Assembly (NCBI GenBank): GCA_965216875.1
Contig: OZ244207.1
Coordinates: 480,001-544,000 of the forward strand
DNA length: 64,000 nt
From: Rubripirellula sp.
GTDB taxonomy: Bacteria; Planctomycetota; Planctomycetia; Pirellulales; Pirellulaceae
Direction of reading: 5' to 3'
A program made the position numbers and the translations under genes. Below the pieces are notes generated by a model. That model was not told the origin of the DNA. It did not search any database and saw nothing but the letters and a program-made list of their open reading frames with translations. Shown here in pieces: positions 1-10,194 of this stretch. The stretch's first letter is position 1, and each line of letters begins with the position of its first letter.

Positions 1-112
1 GGGCCGGTGGTGCAAACAATGGTGAATTCACTGTGTCGGGAACCCACTTCTCGGTTTGAGGAGTCTAGGCGACCCTGAGACGTCTAGGCGACCTTGAGGA
101 ATGAAGTTCACG

Positions 113-148
113 CGCGGAGCTGGCGACTGTGTCAGCTCCGCGTTTTTT
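113..148 (+). terminator. Intrinsic terminator hairpin
   Basis: CGCGGAGCTG(113-122)/CAGCTCCGCG(133-142) stem followed by T6; lies at the 3' end of the convergent 147..1586 gene. Confidence 0.7.
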
Positions 149-1586
149 ATTTCAAGAGTGCTTTGATTTTGGCGTGGATTTCGTCGGCTGTTTCTTTGCC
201 GGCTCCCGTTTTGACTAATTGCACAACGCCTTGCCCGTCAATCAGCACGACGTGTGGGATTCCGCTGACGCCATACTCGCTCGCCATCTTGCTTTCTTTG
301 GGGGCAACGAAGACGGGATGCTCGAGTTTGTGATGCTTGAGGAATTTTTGCAGCGCCACCTGTTCGTCCCACTGGCCGACCTCTTCTTTGGATCTTTGCG
401 GACGCTCGGCCTCTTCGTCCCAGGTCATCGAGTAATAGCTTGTGACACCAACAATTTCGAAGTCTTTGTCACCAAACTCTTCTCGCCACTCGCGCAGGTG
501 AGGGAAAGTCGCGATGCAGGGGCCGCACCACATTGCCCAGAAATCGAGTAGCACGACTTTGCCCTTGAACGATTCTTGCTTTGCGTCAGGTCCGCTCACC
601 CAAGCGTCGATGTCCCATTTCGGTGCCGGTTTGCCGACGAGTGTTTCTGCGGGCTTGGCTGCTTGCATCCGTTCTTTGTGCAACTCGATGCGACGCAAGG
701 TTGCATCGACACTGCGGTTGCTGGCAGCAAACGGTTGAAGCTTTTTCGACACCAACTCAATACGTTCTTTGTTCTTCTCGGGGTCATCTTGGCCCAAAAA
801 CACGATCATCTCGAGTTGTACTTCGGCATAATCGTTTTGCAACGTTTGAGACTCGGGAAACCGAGTGATCGCAGCTTCGACGACTTTTTCAAGTGACGCC
901 ACCGACGCCTCACGCCAGGGATCGTTGCCCAAGTCGTTGGTGACGAGCGCCTTGAGCATGCGGACATGAGCGATCGCGGTTTGCTCATTTGCGTTTTCGG
1001 AATTGTTGATCTCGGCAAGCTGCTTGAGTTGATTCTCGATGATCTGCTTTGCCCCCTCGGTATCGTCGTCGTCGACCAAGTGATGCGCATGCATGACAGC
1101 CAACTGCGAAACCGGCATCATTGCTTGAAGTTCGTCGTCGGGACCGGCTTCAAGCAGGGCTTCGAGCGACCGCATGACGGCTTCGCGAAACGCTTTGCGA
1201 TGTCCGCTTTCGCTGGTCAGGTCCTTCAGGCTTTCGATGGTCATCAGGACGCCGAACCGATTTTCCGTCGCATCGAGATGCGAGAGTTGGAAATCGAGCA
1301 GCTTTTCAAATTGCTCCACCGCTTTCTGGTCTTGGCCGTCTTCGGCCAACCAGGTCGCCAGACTGTGCCGCAACACATTCATGTCGATCGAGTCGGGGGC
1401 GGCTGCGATTTTTTCTTCGAGGTACTCGGCAGCCTTGTCCAGATTGTCGGCCTTCCGCTCGCGGAGTTCGCGGTAGGTTTGGCGAAAGTCGTCGGCGCCG
1501 ACCGGGTGGACGGCGGAGATGATCCAGCCGGCGACGATCACGGCGAGCATCAGGTATCCCGAAGCAACAGGCGATTTTCGATTCAT
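147..1586 (-). CDS. Exported TlpA/redoxin-family thiol-disulfide oxidoreductase with long helical N-terminal region
   Basis: Signal-peptide-like N-terminus; C-terminal GKVVLLDFWAMWCGPC ... YGVSGIPHVVLID thioredoxin-fold motifs. Confidence 0.85.
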   Translation of the reverse strand: MNRKSPVASGYLMLAVIVAGWIISAVHPVGADDFRQTYRELRERKADNLDKAAEYLEEKIAAAPDSIDMNVLRHSLATWLAEDGQDQKAVEQFEKLLDFQLSHLDATENRFGVLMTIESLKDLTSESGHRKAFREAVMRSLEALLEAGPDDELQAMMPVSQLAVMHAHHLVDDDDTEGAKQIIENQLKQLAEINNSENANEQTAIAHVRMLKALVTNDLGNDPWREASVASLEKVVEAAITRFPESQTLQNDYAEVQLEMIVFLGQDDPEKNKERIELVSKKLQPFAASNRSVDATLRRIELHKERMQAAKPAETLVGKPAPKWDIDAWVSGPDAKQESFKGKVVLLDFWAMWCGPCIATFPHLREWREEFGDKDFEIVGVTSYYSMTWDEEAERPQRSKEEVGQWDEQVALQKFLKHHKLEHPVFVAPKESKMASEYGVSGIPHVVLIDGQGVVQLVKTGAGKETADEIHAKIKALLK

Positions 1587-1757
1587 GGCGGCGATGGCGT
1601 GGTTTGGAGCGGATCGAAAAAGTGATCAAATCTGGTCCCGTTATTGAAAACGGCCTTCGGTGGTAAGCTTATCACCTTCCCAATGCAAAGGCGAAACTGC
1701 GTCGCCCAAGACCGCCATCGTGTTCGTGCGGCAAACATCATGTTGGAGACTCATTCG

Positions 1758-2630
1758 ATGCCCAAAATGGTCCGCGGAGCCCTGATTCAAGCCACACTTT
1801 GCGAGCCGGCCGATTCCGCCGTTGATCGGATCAAACAAGCGATGATCGACAAACACGTCGACTTGATCGCTCAAGCAGCCGACCAGGGGGCTCAGATCTG
1901 TTGTTTGCAGGAGCTGTTTTACGGCCCCTATTTTCCGGCAGAGCAAAATGAGAAGTGGTACTCGATGGTCGAACGTGTCCCCGACGGGCCGACGATTCGA
2001 CTCATGACCGAGTTGGCGAAAAAACACCAGATGGTGATGATCGTTCCGGTCTACGAAGAAGAGATGACAGGGCTGTACTACAACACGGCCGCCGTGATTG
2101 ATGCCGACGGAACGTTTTTGGGCAAGTTCCGAAAGATGCACCTGCCGCACTGCAACCCTGGCTTCTGGGAGAAGTTCTATTTCCGCCCTGGCAACCTCGG
2201 CTACCCCGTCTTTGAAACTCAGGTTGGCAAGGTCGGCGTCTACATTTGCTATGACCGACACTTTCCCGAGGGCGCTCGGTGCCTAGGACTCAATGGCGCC
2301 GAAATGGTTTTCAATCCCAGTGCGACGGTTGCGGGTCTGAGCGAATACCTTTGGAAGCTCGAGCAGCCCGCCCACGCCGTGGCGAATCAGTACTTTGTTG
2401 GTGCGATCAACCGCCCTGGCACCGAAGGGCCATGGAACATCGGCGAGTTCTATGGACAAAGCTATTTTTGCGATCCACGCGGACACCTGTTCGCGCAAAC
2501 CGACAAACGCACTGAAGATGCGATCGTGATTGGCGACATGGACCTGGAGATGATTCGGGAAGTGCGAAACATTTGGCAGTTCTACCGTGATCGGCGACCA
2601 GAATCGTACCAGGAAGTCACCCAACCGTAG
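1758..2630 (+). CDS. Nitrilase-superfamily beta-ureidopropionase (N-carbamoyl-beta-alanine amidohydrolase)
   Basis: CLQELF, RKMHLP and ICYDRHFPE motifs (E-K-C triad); GFWEKFYFRPG; in pyrimidine operon; start moved to ATG 1758 (GGAG upstream). Confidence 0.85.
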   Translation: MPKMVRGALIQATLCEPADSAVDRIKQAMIDKHVDLIAQAADQGAQICCLQELFYGPYFPAEQNEKWYSMVERVPDGPTIRLMTELAKKHQMVMIVPVYEEEMTGLYYNTAAVIDADGTFLGKFRKMHLPHCNPGFWEKFYFRPGNLGYPVFETQVGKVGVYICYDRHFPEGARCLGLNGAEMVFNPSATVAGLSEYLWKLEQPAHAVANQYFVGAINRPGTEGPWNIGEFYGQSYFCDPRGHLFAQTDKRTEDAIVIGDMDLEMIREVRNIWQFYRDRRPESYQEVTQP

Positions 2631-2633
2631 CCG

Positions 2634-4109
2634 ATGTCGCAAAACGAAGAAATCATCTACGGTCTCGACGACCGGCCTCCACTTGGCAAAGCATCGGTGT
2701 TGGGACTGCAACATGTGCTGACCATGTTTGGTTCGACCGTTGTGGTGCCAACGCTGCTTGGTCCGCCGATGGGGATGGATACGGCGGCGATCGCGCTGTT
2801 GATTTCAAGTGTGATGCTTTGCGCCGGCGTCGCGACGTTGATCCAGTCGACGTTTGGCTCGCGTCTGCCGATCATCCAGGGCATTAGCTTTTCGTTTCTG
2901 CCCGCCTTCTTCATGATCATTGCGACGATCCATCCCGAAGGCGAGACGGTGACACCCGGAACGGCGATGCCCTACATCGCCGGCGCGGTGTTGGTCGGCG
3001 CCATGTTGGAAATCGTTGTCGGGTTCAGCGGTTTGATGGGATTGGTACGTCGCGTCCTTTCGCCCGTGGTGGTTGGCCCGGTCATCACCCTGATTGGGCT
3101 CTCGCTTTATCAAGCCGGTGCGCCCATCGCCGCGTCGTATTGGCCAATTGCGATCCTCACGATCGCGTTGATCGTTCTGTTCTCGTTCATCTTGTCGAAG
3201 CACCACGATCTGTTTCGAATGTTTCCGATGCTGCTGGCGATCCTCGTCTCGGTTGCCGTGTGCGCATTGCTTTCGATGGTCGGTGTGTTTGGTGATGATC
3301 ATCCAGCCAAGCCCAACATGGAAGCGTTTCATCAGGCTTCGTGGGTGCGGACAAGCGACGTGATCTTTCCTTGGGGATTGCCCAAGTTTCAGCTTGGATT
3401 CGTCGTTGCCGTCATCGCGGGTTACCTCGCGTCGATGATCGAGAGTTTTGGCGACTACCACGCCTGCAAACAGATGGCGGGCGGCGGTGACCCGACCGAA
3501 GGTGAGATCTCTCGCGGAATCGGGTGCGAGGGAATTGGTTGTGCGCTGACGAGCGTGTTTGGCGGATTCAGTTCCACGTCGTATTCGGAAAACGTTGGCT
3601 TGATCGGGCTGACCAAAGTCGGCTCACGCTACGTCGTTCAAATCGGTTCGGTGATGTTGATCCTGCTTGGACTGTTGGGCAAGTTTGGTGCGTTGGCCGC
3701 GGCGATTCCGACACCCGTCGTGGGTGGCCTTTATTGTGCAATGTTCGGATTGATATCCGCGGTGGGGATTCGCCAATTTGCCCGCGCCGACCTGGCCAGC
3801 GATCGAAACCTTTTCATTGGCGGGTTCGCGCTTTTCATGGGGATCAGTGTTCCGTATTACTTTGAAAACGGCGGCTCCGATGCGGTCTCGGCGTTTTTCT
3901 ACGCGGGTGTCGACGACGTGATCAATGCAATTGGTCAAACGGGAATGGCGGTCGCCGCAATCCTGGGCATCGCACTCGACAATATGATCCCCGCAACGCG
4001 TCAAGAACGCGGCTTGGCGCCACTTACCAATGCCCCACTCGGTGGTACTCTAGAAGGAGTGGAGCAGGTGAAATCGTCCCCCACTGATGGCGATTCGCCC
4101 TCCGCCTGA
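2634..4109 (+). CDS. NCS2 nucleobase:cation symporter (uracil/xanthine permease)
   Basis: LGLQH motif, SYSENVGLIGLTKVGSR NAT signature, many TM segments. Confidence 0.9.
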   Translation: MSQNEEIIYGLDDRPPLGKASVLGLQHVLTMFGSTVVVPTLLGPPMGMDTAAIALLISSVMLCAGVATLIQSTFGSRLPIIQGISFSFLPAFFMIIATIHPEGETVTPGTAMPYIAGAVLVGAMLEIVVGFSGLMGLVRRVLSPVVVGPVITLIGLSLYQAGAPIAASYWPIAILTIALIVLFSFILSKHHDLFRMFPMLLAILVSVAVCALLSMVGVFGDDHPAKPNMEAFHQASWVRTSDVIFPWGLPKFQLGFVVAVIAGYLASMIESFGDYHACKQMAGGGDPTEGEISRGIGCEGIGCALTSVFGGFSSTSYSENVGLIGLTKVGSRYVVQIGSVMLILLGLLGKFGALAAAIPTPVVGGLYCAMFGLISAVGIRQFARADLASDRNLFIGGFALFMGISVPYYFENGGSDAVSAFFYAGVDDVINAIGQTGMAVAAILGIALDNMIPATRQERGLAPLTNAPLGGTLEGVEQVKSSPTDGDSPSA

Positions 4110-4314
4110 GGCTGATCTGCCGGGGTCAAAAAGCGAGTGGAATCGGCGAAAACCGGTGCCACCAACCGCTCAGCCCAAAAAAGTACCGATGGGGTGCAGA
4201 ATTTGGGCTGGGAAGGCCCCTGTGTCGGTTCGGTCCCATCGACGAGACGAGTCGCGGCATCGAGAATGCTCGTTGATTGCTTCCCGCAAGAGTTCCGCCA
4301 CAGACAGTTTGAAT

Positions 4315-5454
4315 ATGCCGACGCTGGAAACGACGATCAACGGGATCAAGTTCCCGAACCCTTTTGTCATCGCCTCCGGACCTCCGGGAACCAATGCGCG
4401 CGTGATTTGCCGATCGTTTGCCGACGGATGGGGAGCCTCGTCGGCCAAAACGGTCAGTCTGGATGCTTCCAAGATCGTCAATGTTGCTCCGCGGTACGGC
4501 CGGCTTCGAGACTCATCGGGCGAGGTCTACGGCTGGGAGAACATCGAATTGATCTCGACGATGCCGCTCGAACAATGGCTCGACGAGTACAGGCGGATCA
4601 AAGACGCCTACCCTGATCGTGTCCTGATTGCATCGATCATGGAGGAGTACAACAAGGACGCTTGGTTCGAGATCATCGGTCGCTGCGAAGAAGCGGGCGT
4701 CGACATGCTTGAATGCAACTTTTCGTGCCCCCATGGACTGCCCGAACGAAAGATGGGCGCCGCGATGGGCGAGAGCCCCGAGATCCTCGCCGAAGTCTGT
4801 TCGTGGGTTCGCGAGGCAGCGACCAAACCGGTATGGGCCAAGATGACACCGAACGTGACCCACATCGAGGATCCATCGCGAGCAGCCCTGGACGCAGGGC
4901 TTGATGGTATCTCGGCGATCAACACGATTCGATCGGTGATCGGAGTCGATCTCGAGACGCTGCGTCCGCTGCCAACCGTCGAAGGTTACTCCACCGCCGG
5001 AGGTTATTCTTCCAAGGCGGTCAAACCGATCTCACTGCGGATGACCATGGAAATCGCAAAGCTGATTCGCAGCGAGTTTCCTGGACGATCGCTATCGGGT
5101 ATTGGCGGTATCGAAACCGGCGAAGACGCTGCCGAGTTTATTTTGCTTGGCGCCGATTGCGTGCAAGTTTGCACGGCCGTGATGAAGCATGGCTACAAGA
5201 TCGTGCAAAAGATGTCGGACCAACTGCTTGCCTTCATGGACAAACATGGCTTCGAAACCATTGACGACTTCAAAGGCAAAGCCCTTCCTTACTTCACAAC
5301 ACATTCGGATTTGGTCCAGCGACAAGCAGCCGCAAAGGCTGCCAAGCAAGCGAAACGAAATGGCGCCGTGATTGCGGATGAAAACGTGACAGCGGATGAA
5401 AACTGGGACGGCGACGAGTTTGTGAATCAATCCAACCAACTCGCAGGGAATTGA
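4315..5454 (+). CDS. preA: Dihydropyrimidine dehydrogenase FMN subunit (PreA), plant PYD1-like, no C-terminal ferredoxin domain
   Basis: NPFVIASGPP, NIELIS, NFSCPHG, WAKMTPN and GIGGIET motifs; no CxxCxxCxxxC at the C-terminus; start moved to ATG 4315. Confidence 0.9.
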   Translation: MPTLETTINGIKFPNPFVIASGPPGTNARVICRSFADGWGASSAKTVSLDASKIVNVAPRYGRLRDSSGEVYGWENIELISTMPLEQWLDEYRRIKDAYPDRVLIASIMEEYNKDAWFEIIGRCEEAGVDMLECNFSCPHGLPERKMGAAMGESPEILAEVCSWVREAATKPVWAKMTPNVTHIEDPSRAALDAGLDGISAINTIRSVIGVDLETLRPLPTVEGYSTAGGYSSKAVKPISLRMTMEIAKLIRSEFPGRSLSGIGGIETGEDAAEFILLGADCVQVCTAVMKHGYKIVQKMSDQLLAFMDKHGFETIDDFKGKALPYFTTHSDLVQRQAAAKAAKQAKRNGAVIADENVTADENWDGDEFVNQSNQLAGN

Positions 5455-6845
5455 GTGGCGTGAGCATCTTGTTTCGGGGCGGCACGCTCATCACACCCGA
5501 CAGTCGCCAACAGAATGACCTTCTTGTGCGCGGCGAAACGATTGCCGAAATCGCTCCGTCCATCGATCCGAATCGAGACGACATCGACGAAGTGGTCGAC
5601 GCATCGGGCAAGTACATCTTTCCAGGTTTCATCGACCCCCACGTTCATATCTACCTGCCCTTCATGGGAACGTTCGCAAAGGACGATTACGATTCTGGAA
5701 GTCGTGCGGCACTGGTCGGCGGTACCACCACCTTGATCGAAATGGTGTGTCCGGCGCGCGATGATGATCCGGTTGAAGCGTACGAGTTGTGGAAAAGCAA
5801 AGCGGCAGGGATTTCCGCGTGTGACTACACGTTTCATATGGGGGTGACACGATTTGATGCAGACACACCACGCCAGCTTCGCAAGATCATCGACGATGAC
5901 ATCACCTCGCTGAAAGTCTTTTTGGCCTACAAAGGTGCGCTCGGAATCTCCGACGACGAGCTGTTCCAAACATGTAAATTTGCCGCCGAAGCGGGGGTGA
6001 CGGTCACCGCACATTGCGAGAACGCTGAGTTAGTTGCCCAGCTTCAAGCTCAATTGGTTGCCGCGGGAAAGGTTGGCCCGGAATTCCATGAACCGTCGCG
6101 TCCCACCCAGGTCGAAGCCGATGGCGTGCACCACTTTTGTACGTTCCTGGAAATGACCGGCGCGCGAGGGTACATCGTGCACACGTCTTGTCGGGATGCG
6201 GTCGAGGCAGCGCAGGGATTCCAAACACGCGGTGTCAACGTTGCGATCGAAGCGGTGATCCCACACTTGGTGCTCGACAAAAGCTACGCCGAGCGGCCTG
6301 ACTTTGAAGGCGCCAAGTACGTGATGAGCCCGCCCCTTCGCGACATATCGGACCAGGAGTATTTGTGGCATGCGATTCAACGCGGTGTGATTGAAACGGT
6401 TGCAACCGACCACGCCCCGTTTGACTTTGCGGGGCAAAAGGAAATGGGACGCCCACCCGAATCGGACTTCACCAAGATTCCCAACGGCATTCCCTCGGTC
6501 GAGCAACGACCAACGTTGCTGTACCATCACGGTTTCACCGCTGGTCGTATCGGCTTGGACCGATTCGTCGAACTGCTTTCAACGGCGCCGGCAAAGCAAT
6601 TTGGAATGTTCCCAAGAAAGGGAACGCTGCAGGTCGGGAGCGATGCCGACTTGGTGGTTTGGGATCCGAACTACCGTGGGACGATTTCAGCTGACACGCA
6701 TCTGATGAATACGGACTACGACGGTTTCGAAGGTTTTGAAATCTCAGGCCGTCCCAGTTTGGTGACCTGTCGCGGTCTGATATCGGCACGCGATGGCAGG
6801 TTCGTCGGGCAACCAGGACACGGAAAACAAGTCGCACGCGGCTAG
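5451..6845 (+). CDS. hydA: Dihydropyrimidinase (D-hydantoinase)
   Basis: PGFIDPHVH, GGTT, KVFLAYKG, AHCEN, SPPLR, ATDHAPF amidohydrolase motifs; overlaps preA stop. Confidence 0.92.
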   Translation: MSGVSILFRGGTLITPDSRQQNDLLVRGETIAEIAPSIDPNRDDIDEVVDASGKYIFPGFIDPHVHIYLPFMGTFAKDDYDSGSRAALVGGTTTLIEMVCPARDDDPVEAYELWKSKAAGISACDYTFHMGVTRFDADTPRQLRKIIDDDITSLKVFLAYKGALGISDDELFQTCKFAAEAGVTVTAHCENAELVAQLQAQLVAAGKVGPEFHEPSRPTQVEADGVHHFCTFLEMTGARGYIVHTSCRDAVEAAQGFQTRGVNVAIEAVIPHLVLDKSYAERPDFEGAKYVMSPPLRDISDQEYLWHAIQRGVIETVATDHAPFDFAGQKEMGRPPESDFTKIPNGIPSVEQRPTLLYHHGFTAGRIGLDRFVELLSTAPAKQFGMFPRKGTLQVGSDADLVVWDPNYRGTISADTHLMNTDYDGFEGFEISGRPSLVTCRGLISARDGRFVGQPGHGKQVARG

Positions 6846-6848
6846 TGT

Positions 6849-6877
6849 TTGTCGCCTTTCGCTCCGCGAAAGTAGCG
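6849..6877. repeat. REP-like hairpin (CTTTCGC-TCC-GCGAAAG), family F8
   Basis: Perfect 7-bp stem just after the hydA stop; degenerate inverted copy near 13625-13643. Confidence 0.55.
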
Positions 6878-6894
6878 TAACTCAGGTCGTGCCC

Positions 6895-6972
6895 GTGAGC
6901 CGCCGGCCGTTAGGCCTCGGGCCCTACACGCAGTTCGCTCAAGGCCCGGCCGCTTACGCGATCACGGCTCAC
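6895..6972. repeat. REPIN-like element with GTGAGCCG...CGGCTCAC ends, family F5
   Basis: Inverted ends GTGAGCCG/CGGCTCAC; same ends at 48855-49011. Confidence 0.65.
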
Positions 6973-6981
6973 TTGTGTGGC

Positions 6982-7506
6982 CTACTTGATCCGTTTCATG
7001 GTGCTCTTTGAGAACGCTTTCCATGTGCCATCTTCCGATTTCATTTCGGAAACGGCAGCGATTTCATCTTCCGAATTGAACTCGTAGATGTCTCGGTAGT
7101 CTCGCACCACTTTGGGATTGGTCATGTCTGGCCCGCTGGCTTCCAGCACAATGACCTTGCCATTCTTCTGGTGCGTTCCCGTGTAATGCCAAATGTGGTT
7201 CGACGTCGCGTCGACCCACGTGCCGACGAATCGTTTTTTCGTCTCGTCGTAGCCGAGCGTCTGAACCGAAAACTCGCCTGATGGAAACGTGATCTCGCTG
7301 ACCAGCCAACGATTCCCAATCGTCCTCGATTCCATTGTCCCGCTGAACTGTGTCGCCCACTTCCCTTCGAATTGCTTGAGCCAATCGAATGCCTTGCGGC
7401 TGTTGGGCTCGGCAGCTTTCGATTCCGCTGCGCCCTTTTCGTCGGCCGCATCTTGAGCCAAGCAGGAAACGGGAAACAGGACCATGAAACATAGAAGCGT
7501 TTTCAT
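6982..7506 (-). CDS. DUF1579-like exported beta-barrel protein
   Basis: Signal peptide; WLKQFEGKW and TLGYDETKKRFVGTWVD motifs typical of DUF1579. Confidence 0.75.
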   Translation of the reverse strand: MKTLLCFMVLFPVSCLAQDAADEKGAAESKAAEPNSRKAFDWLKQFEGKWATQFSGTMESRTIGNRWLVSEITFPSGEFSVQTLGYDETKKRFVGTWVDATSNHIWHYTGTHQKNGKVIVLEASGPDMTNPKVVRDYRDIYEFNSEDEIAAVSEMKSEDGTWKAFSKSTMKRIK

Positions 7507-7700
7507 CAGCAGACTCTCGGGTGGTCATCGGGTTAGCGGCGAAGTTTCACAACGGCCATTGCATTGATTTTAGTCGTCGTCGCAATCGATTTGGGGTTGG
7601 AGCGAGCGATCGCGGTTTGCTACATGCCAAGTGACTTTGTCCCATTGGTGGCACCGGTGCCACACAGGGCAGAGAGAGTTCAAGTGATTCAGGAACCAGA

Positions 7701-8417
7701 ATGTCTAGCGATTTGCGGCGTTTTTCGCCCTTCTTCACCGTAGCGCTCGCCATCACCGCAGTTGGGTTGACCGGTTGCCAGGATGGACCGATGTACGCAC
7801 TGAAGACGGTTAACCCGTACTACGTGTTAAACGAATGGAAAGCTGACGAAGCCTATGGCGTGACCGATCATCAGCGAATGTCGCAGCTCGCCGATTTGGC
7901 GGATTCGATTCACGAGATGTCGGCCGAAGAGCAAAAGACGTGGTTTGAGCACCTCAAGAACATTGGTGAAACGGACCCGAGTCCGGAAATGCGACGCTTG
8001 GTTGTGCGGGCCGCACGCAATCTTGACGGAACGATGGCGATGCCGCTGATCGAAACCGGGCTCGACGACGACAGTATGAAAGTGCGCATGGAAGCATGCC
8101 GTTCGCTTGGCGTTCGCGGCGGCGATCAAGAAGCTCGCCTGCTCGCCGCCACGCTCGGAACCGAAACCAATCTCGACGTAAAGCAAGCTGCAATTCGCGC
8201 GCTGGGCGAGCACCAAAACGCGACGGCGATCGATTCGCTTCGCGTTGCACTCAACGATCGGAACCCAGCCACACGGACACTCGCTGTCGAATCACTTCGA
8301 GGCTCGACGGGAAAAGACTACGGCGACGATCCTGAGGTTTGGATCGCGGCATTGGAAGGCAAACCGACCGAAGAAACGCCTACCCGATTTGCTGATCGAC
8401 TACGAAGCTTCTTTTAA
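7701..8417 (+). CDS. HEAT-repeat lipoprotein
   Basis: Lipobox LTGC; repeated D..VR..A..LG HEAT-like units. Confidence 0.8.
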   Translation: MSSDLRRFSPFFTVALAITAVGLTGCQDGPMYALKTVNPYYVLNEWKADEAYGVTDHQRMSQLADLADSIHEMSAEEQKTWFEHLKNIGETDPSPEMRRLVVRAARNLDGTMAMPLIETGLDDDSMKVRMEACRSLGVRGGDQEARLLAATLGTETNLDVKQAAIRALGEHQNATAIDSLRVALNDRNPATRTLAVESLRGSTGKDYGDDPEVWIAALEGKPTEETPTRFADRLRSFF

Positions 8418-10012
8418 TGCCAGTGATGGTCCCTCCCTTGATCACGACTTACTTTCGTTTGCGCAATGCCCTGTTGTCAGCCCTCGTGGCGGTTGGGATT
8501 GCCACGACTTCGTTCTTGCTGCCGACCGTTTGCGTCGCCGAAGAACCGGCACGCATTTGGGTTGATTCCGTAGGTCGTCACAGTGTCAATGCGGCGCTAA
8601 TCGCAACCGACGGTGAATTCGTCTCGCTGCGCCGTGGTGACGGCCAAACCGTGATGTTGCGGGTCTCTGAGCTTAGTCAGAACGACAAGCAATACCTCGA
8701 CGCCTTCGAAAAACGACAGCTCTCCCAAGACAATCCACTGCGGCTCAATCCTGCGGCATCGCCAACCTCCAAGCCACTGCCGCCGCTCGATCTTCTGCCA
8801 GCACATCATCTGGCCGAAGCAGGCGTGCCGCTACGAATCGCCGACGCCACCCGGTCCTACGTTCCCGACAGCACGCCGCGATCGCTGCGGTCGGATGGCC
8901 AGCCCTTTCCGGCAACGGCCACGTCAGCGCAGTTCCCGATGGCACGCGTCGATTTGCACGACACCTGCTCGCGACCGATTCCACTGGTGAATCCCAACTC
9001 CAAGCAGGTGACATCGATCGCAGTTTCGGCCAGCAAGGGTGTGGTCGCGCCGGGGAATTCGACCAACGGCGCAATCCTGATTTTTGATCCCGAGACTTCC
9101 ATGATGAAGCCAGTCTGGATCGGCCGCGACCGAATTGAACTTTTCGACTTTCACGCTCCTTCCCAACGCGGACTCGTTCTTGTCGGTCAAGACGTGCTTG
9201 GCCAAGGTGGCCAGATGGTTGTGGCGACTGGCTGGGACGAAGGCAAACTCAAATTCTCATTCCAACGCCCGATCTTCAATGGTCGTGGTGTTGGCAAAGC
9301 CCCCAAAATTCGCTGGGCACGTTGGGTTGATGAAGAACACTTCATCGCTGTGGTCGACCAAACCGTCGGTCTTTGGAACTTTGTGTCGGGCGAACAGATG
9401 TATCGCATTTCCGGAATTCACGCCAAGGCTGCACCCGCGATCTCGAGCGGACGCCGCTACATCGCCATTCCACGCGAAGGAACCGTTGAAGTACGGCGCA
9501 CCAGCGATGGGGTCGCGGTCGGTCAGATTCCTGTTGACGATGGCTCGCTCGCTTCCGTCGCGTTTTCGCCCGACGGCGACTCGCTTGCGTTGGTGACCTC
9601 GCGTCGCCTACGTGTTTGGAAACTCGGCAGCGCAACGCTCAGCACGGACCTTCGTGTTCGAGAGAGTCTCGGAAAGCGGCAGCCAACTTGGATCAGCAAC
9701 GATCTGATTCTGAGCGGGTCAGGAGTTCTGGTGAGCTTGTTTCGTCAGCGTCCCGTTTGGCGTTACGAATTGGCCAGCGCGTCGGCTTGTCGTCTTGGCG
9801 ACCACGTTGGCTTGTTCCGTAAGCATCCTGACACTTCGCTCGTGATTGATCAGCTACCCCATCAAGGTGCGATCGAAGCACTCGGTCGGATCGATTCCGG
9901 CGCGGCCGCAAATCTGGATGGTGCTTCGATTTTGGGCCGCAGCGACTGGCAAAATGGCGTTTGGACCGACCGACCGTGGCGGGTGAGCGCGAGACCGAAA
10001 GCCCGTCGATAA
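8417..10012 (+). CDS. SHD1-domain protein with C-terminal WD40-like beta-propeller
   Basis: RIWVDSVGRHSVNA...LSQNDKQYL SHD1 pattern; SVAFSPDGDSLA WD-like repeat; TAATG coupling with the upstream gene. Confidence 0.7.
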   Translation: MPVMVPPLITTYFRLRNALLSALVAVGIATTSFLLPTVCVAEEPARIWVDSVGRHSVNAALIATDGEFVSLRRGDGQTVMLRVSELSQNDKQYLDAFEKRQLSQDNPLRLNPAASPTSKPLPPLDLLPAHHLAEAGVPLRIADATRSYVPDSTPRSLRSDGQPFPATATSAQFPMARVDLHDTCSRPIPLVNPNSKQVTSIAVSASKGVVAPGNSTNGAILIFDPETSMMKPVWIGRDRIELFDFHAPSQRGLVLVGQDVLGQGGQMVVATGWDEGKLKFSFQRPIFNGRGVGKAPKIRWARWVDEEHFIAVVDQTVGLWNFVSGEQMYRISGIHAKAAPAISSGRRYIAIPREGTVEVRRTSDGVAVGQIPVDDGSLASVAFSPDGDSLALVTSRRLRVWKLGSATLSTDLRVRESLGKRQPTWISNDLILSGSGVLVSLFRQRPVWRYELASASACRLGDHVGLFRKHPDTSLVIDQLPHQGAIEALGRIDSGAAANLDGASILGRSDWQNGVWTDRPWRVSARPKARR

Positions 10013-10194
10013 CGAGCGTTTCGATCGACTGAGTACAAAACCTCTCACTGGCGCACAGATTTGTGGGCCGGTTATTCCAGTTTTCGGGGTCAATAGGCCG
10101 ATAAGGGTCGTAATGGTCTGTTCCGAAGTTTCGGTTCGTCTGTCACGAACCGTGGAACACGGCTGTTTCACATGACCCAATCAGATCAATTGGC

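Noticed and set aside
3..59. 3' end of an upstream plus-strand CDS (AGGANNGEFTVSGTHFSV-stop)
   Set aside because: Plausible given the terminator, but too short to support as a feature
4087..4314. N-terminal extension of PreA resembling a transit peptide
   Set aside because: Homology begins at MPTLETTING (4315); the upstream stretch overlaps the permease end and looks like an open intergenic frame
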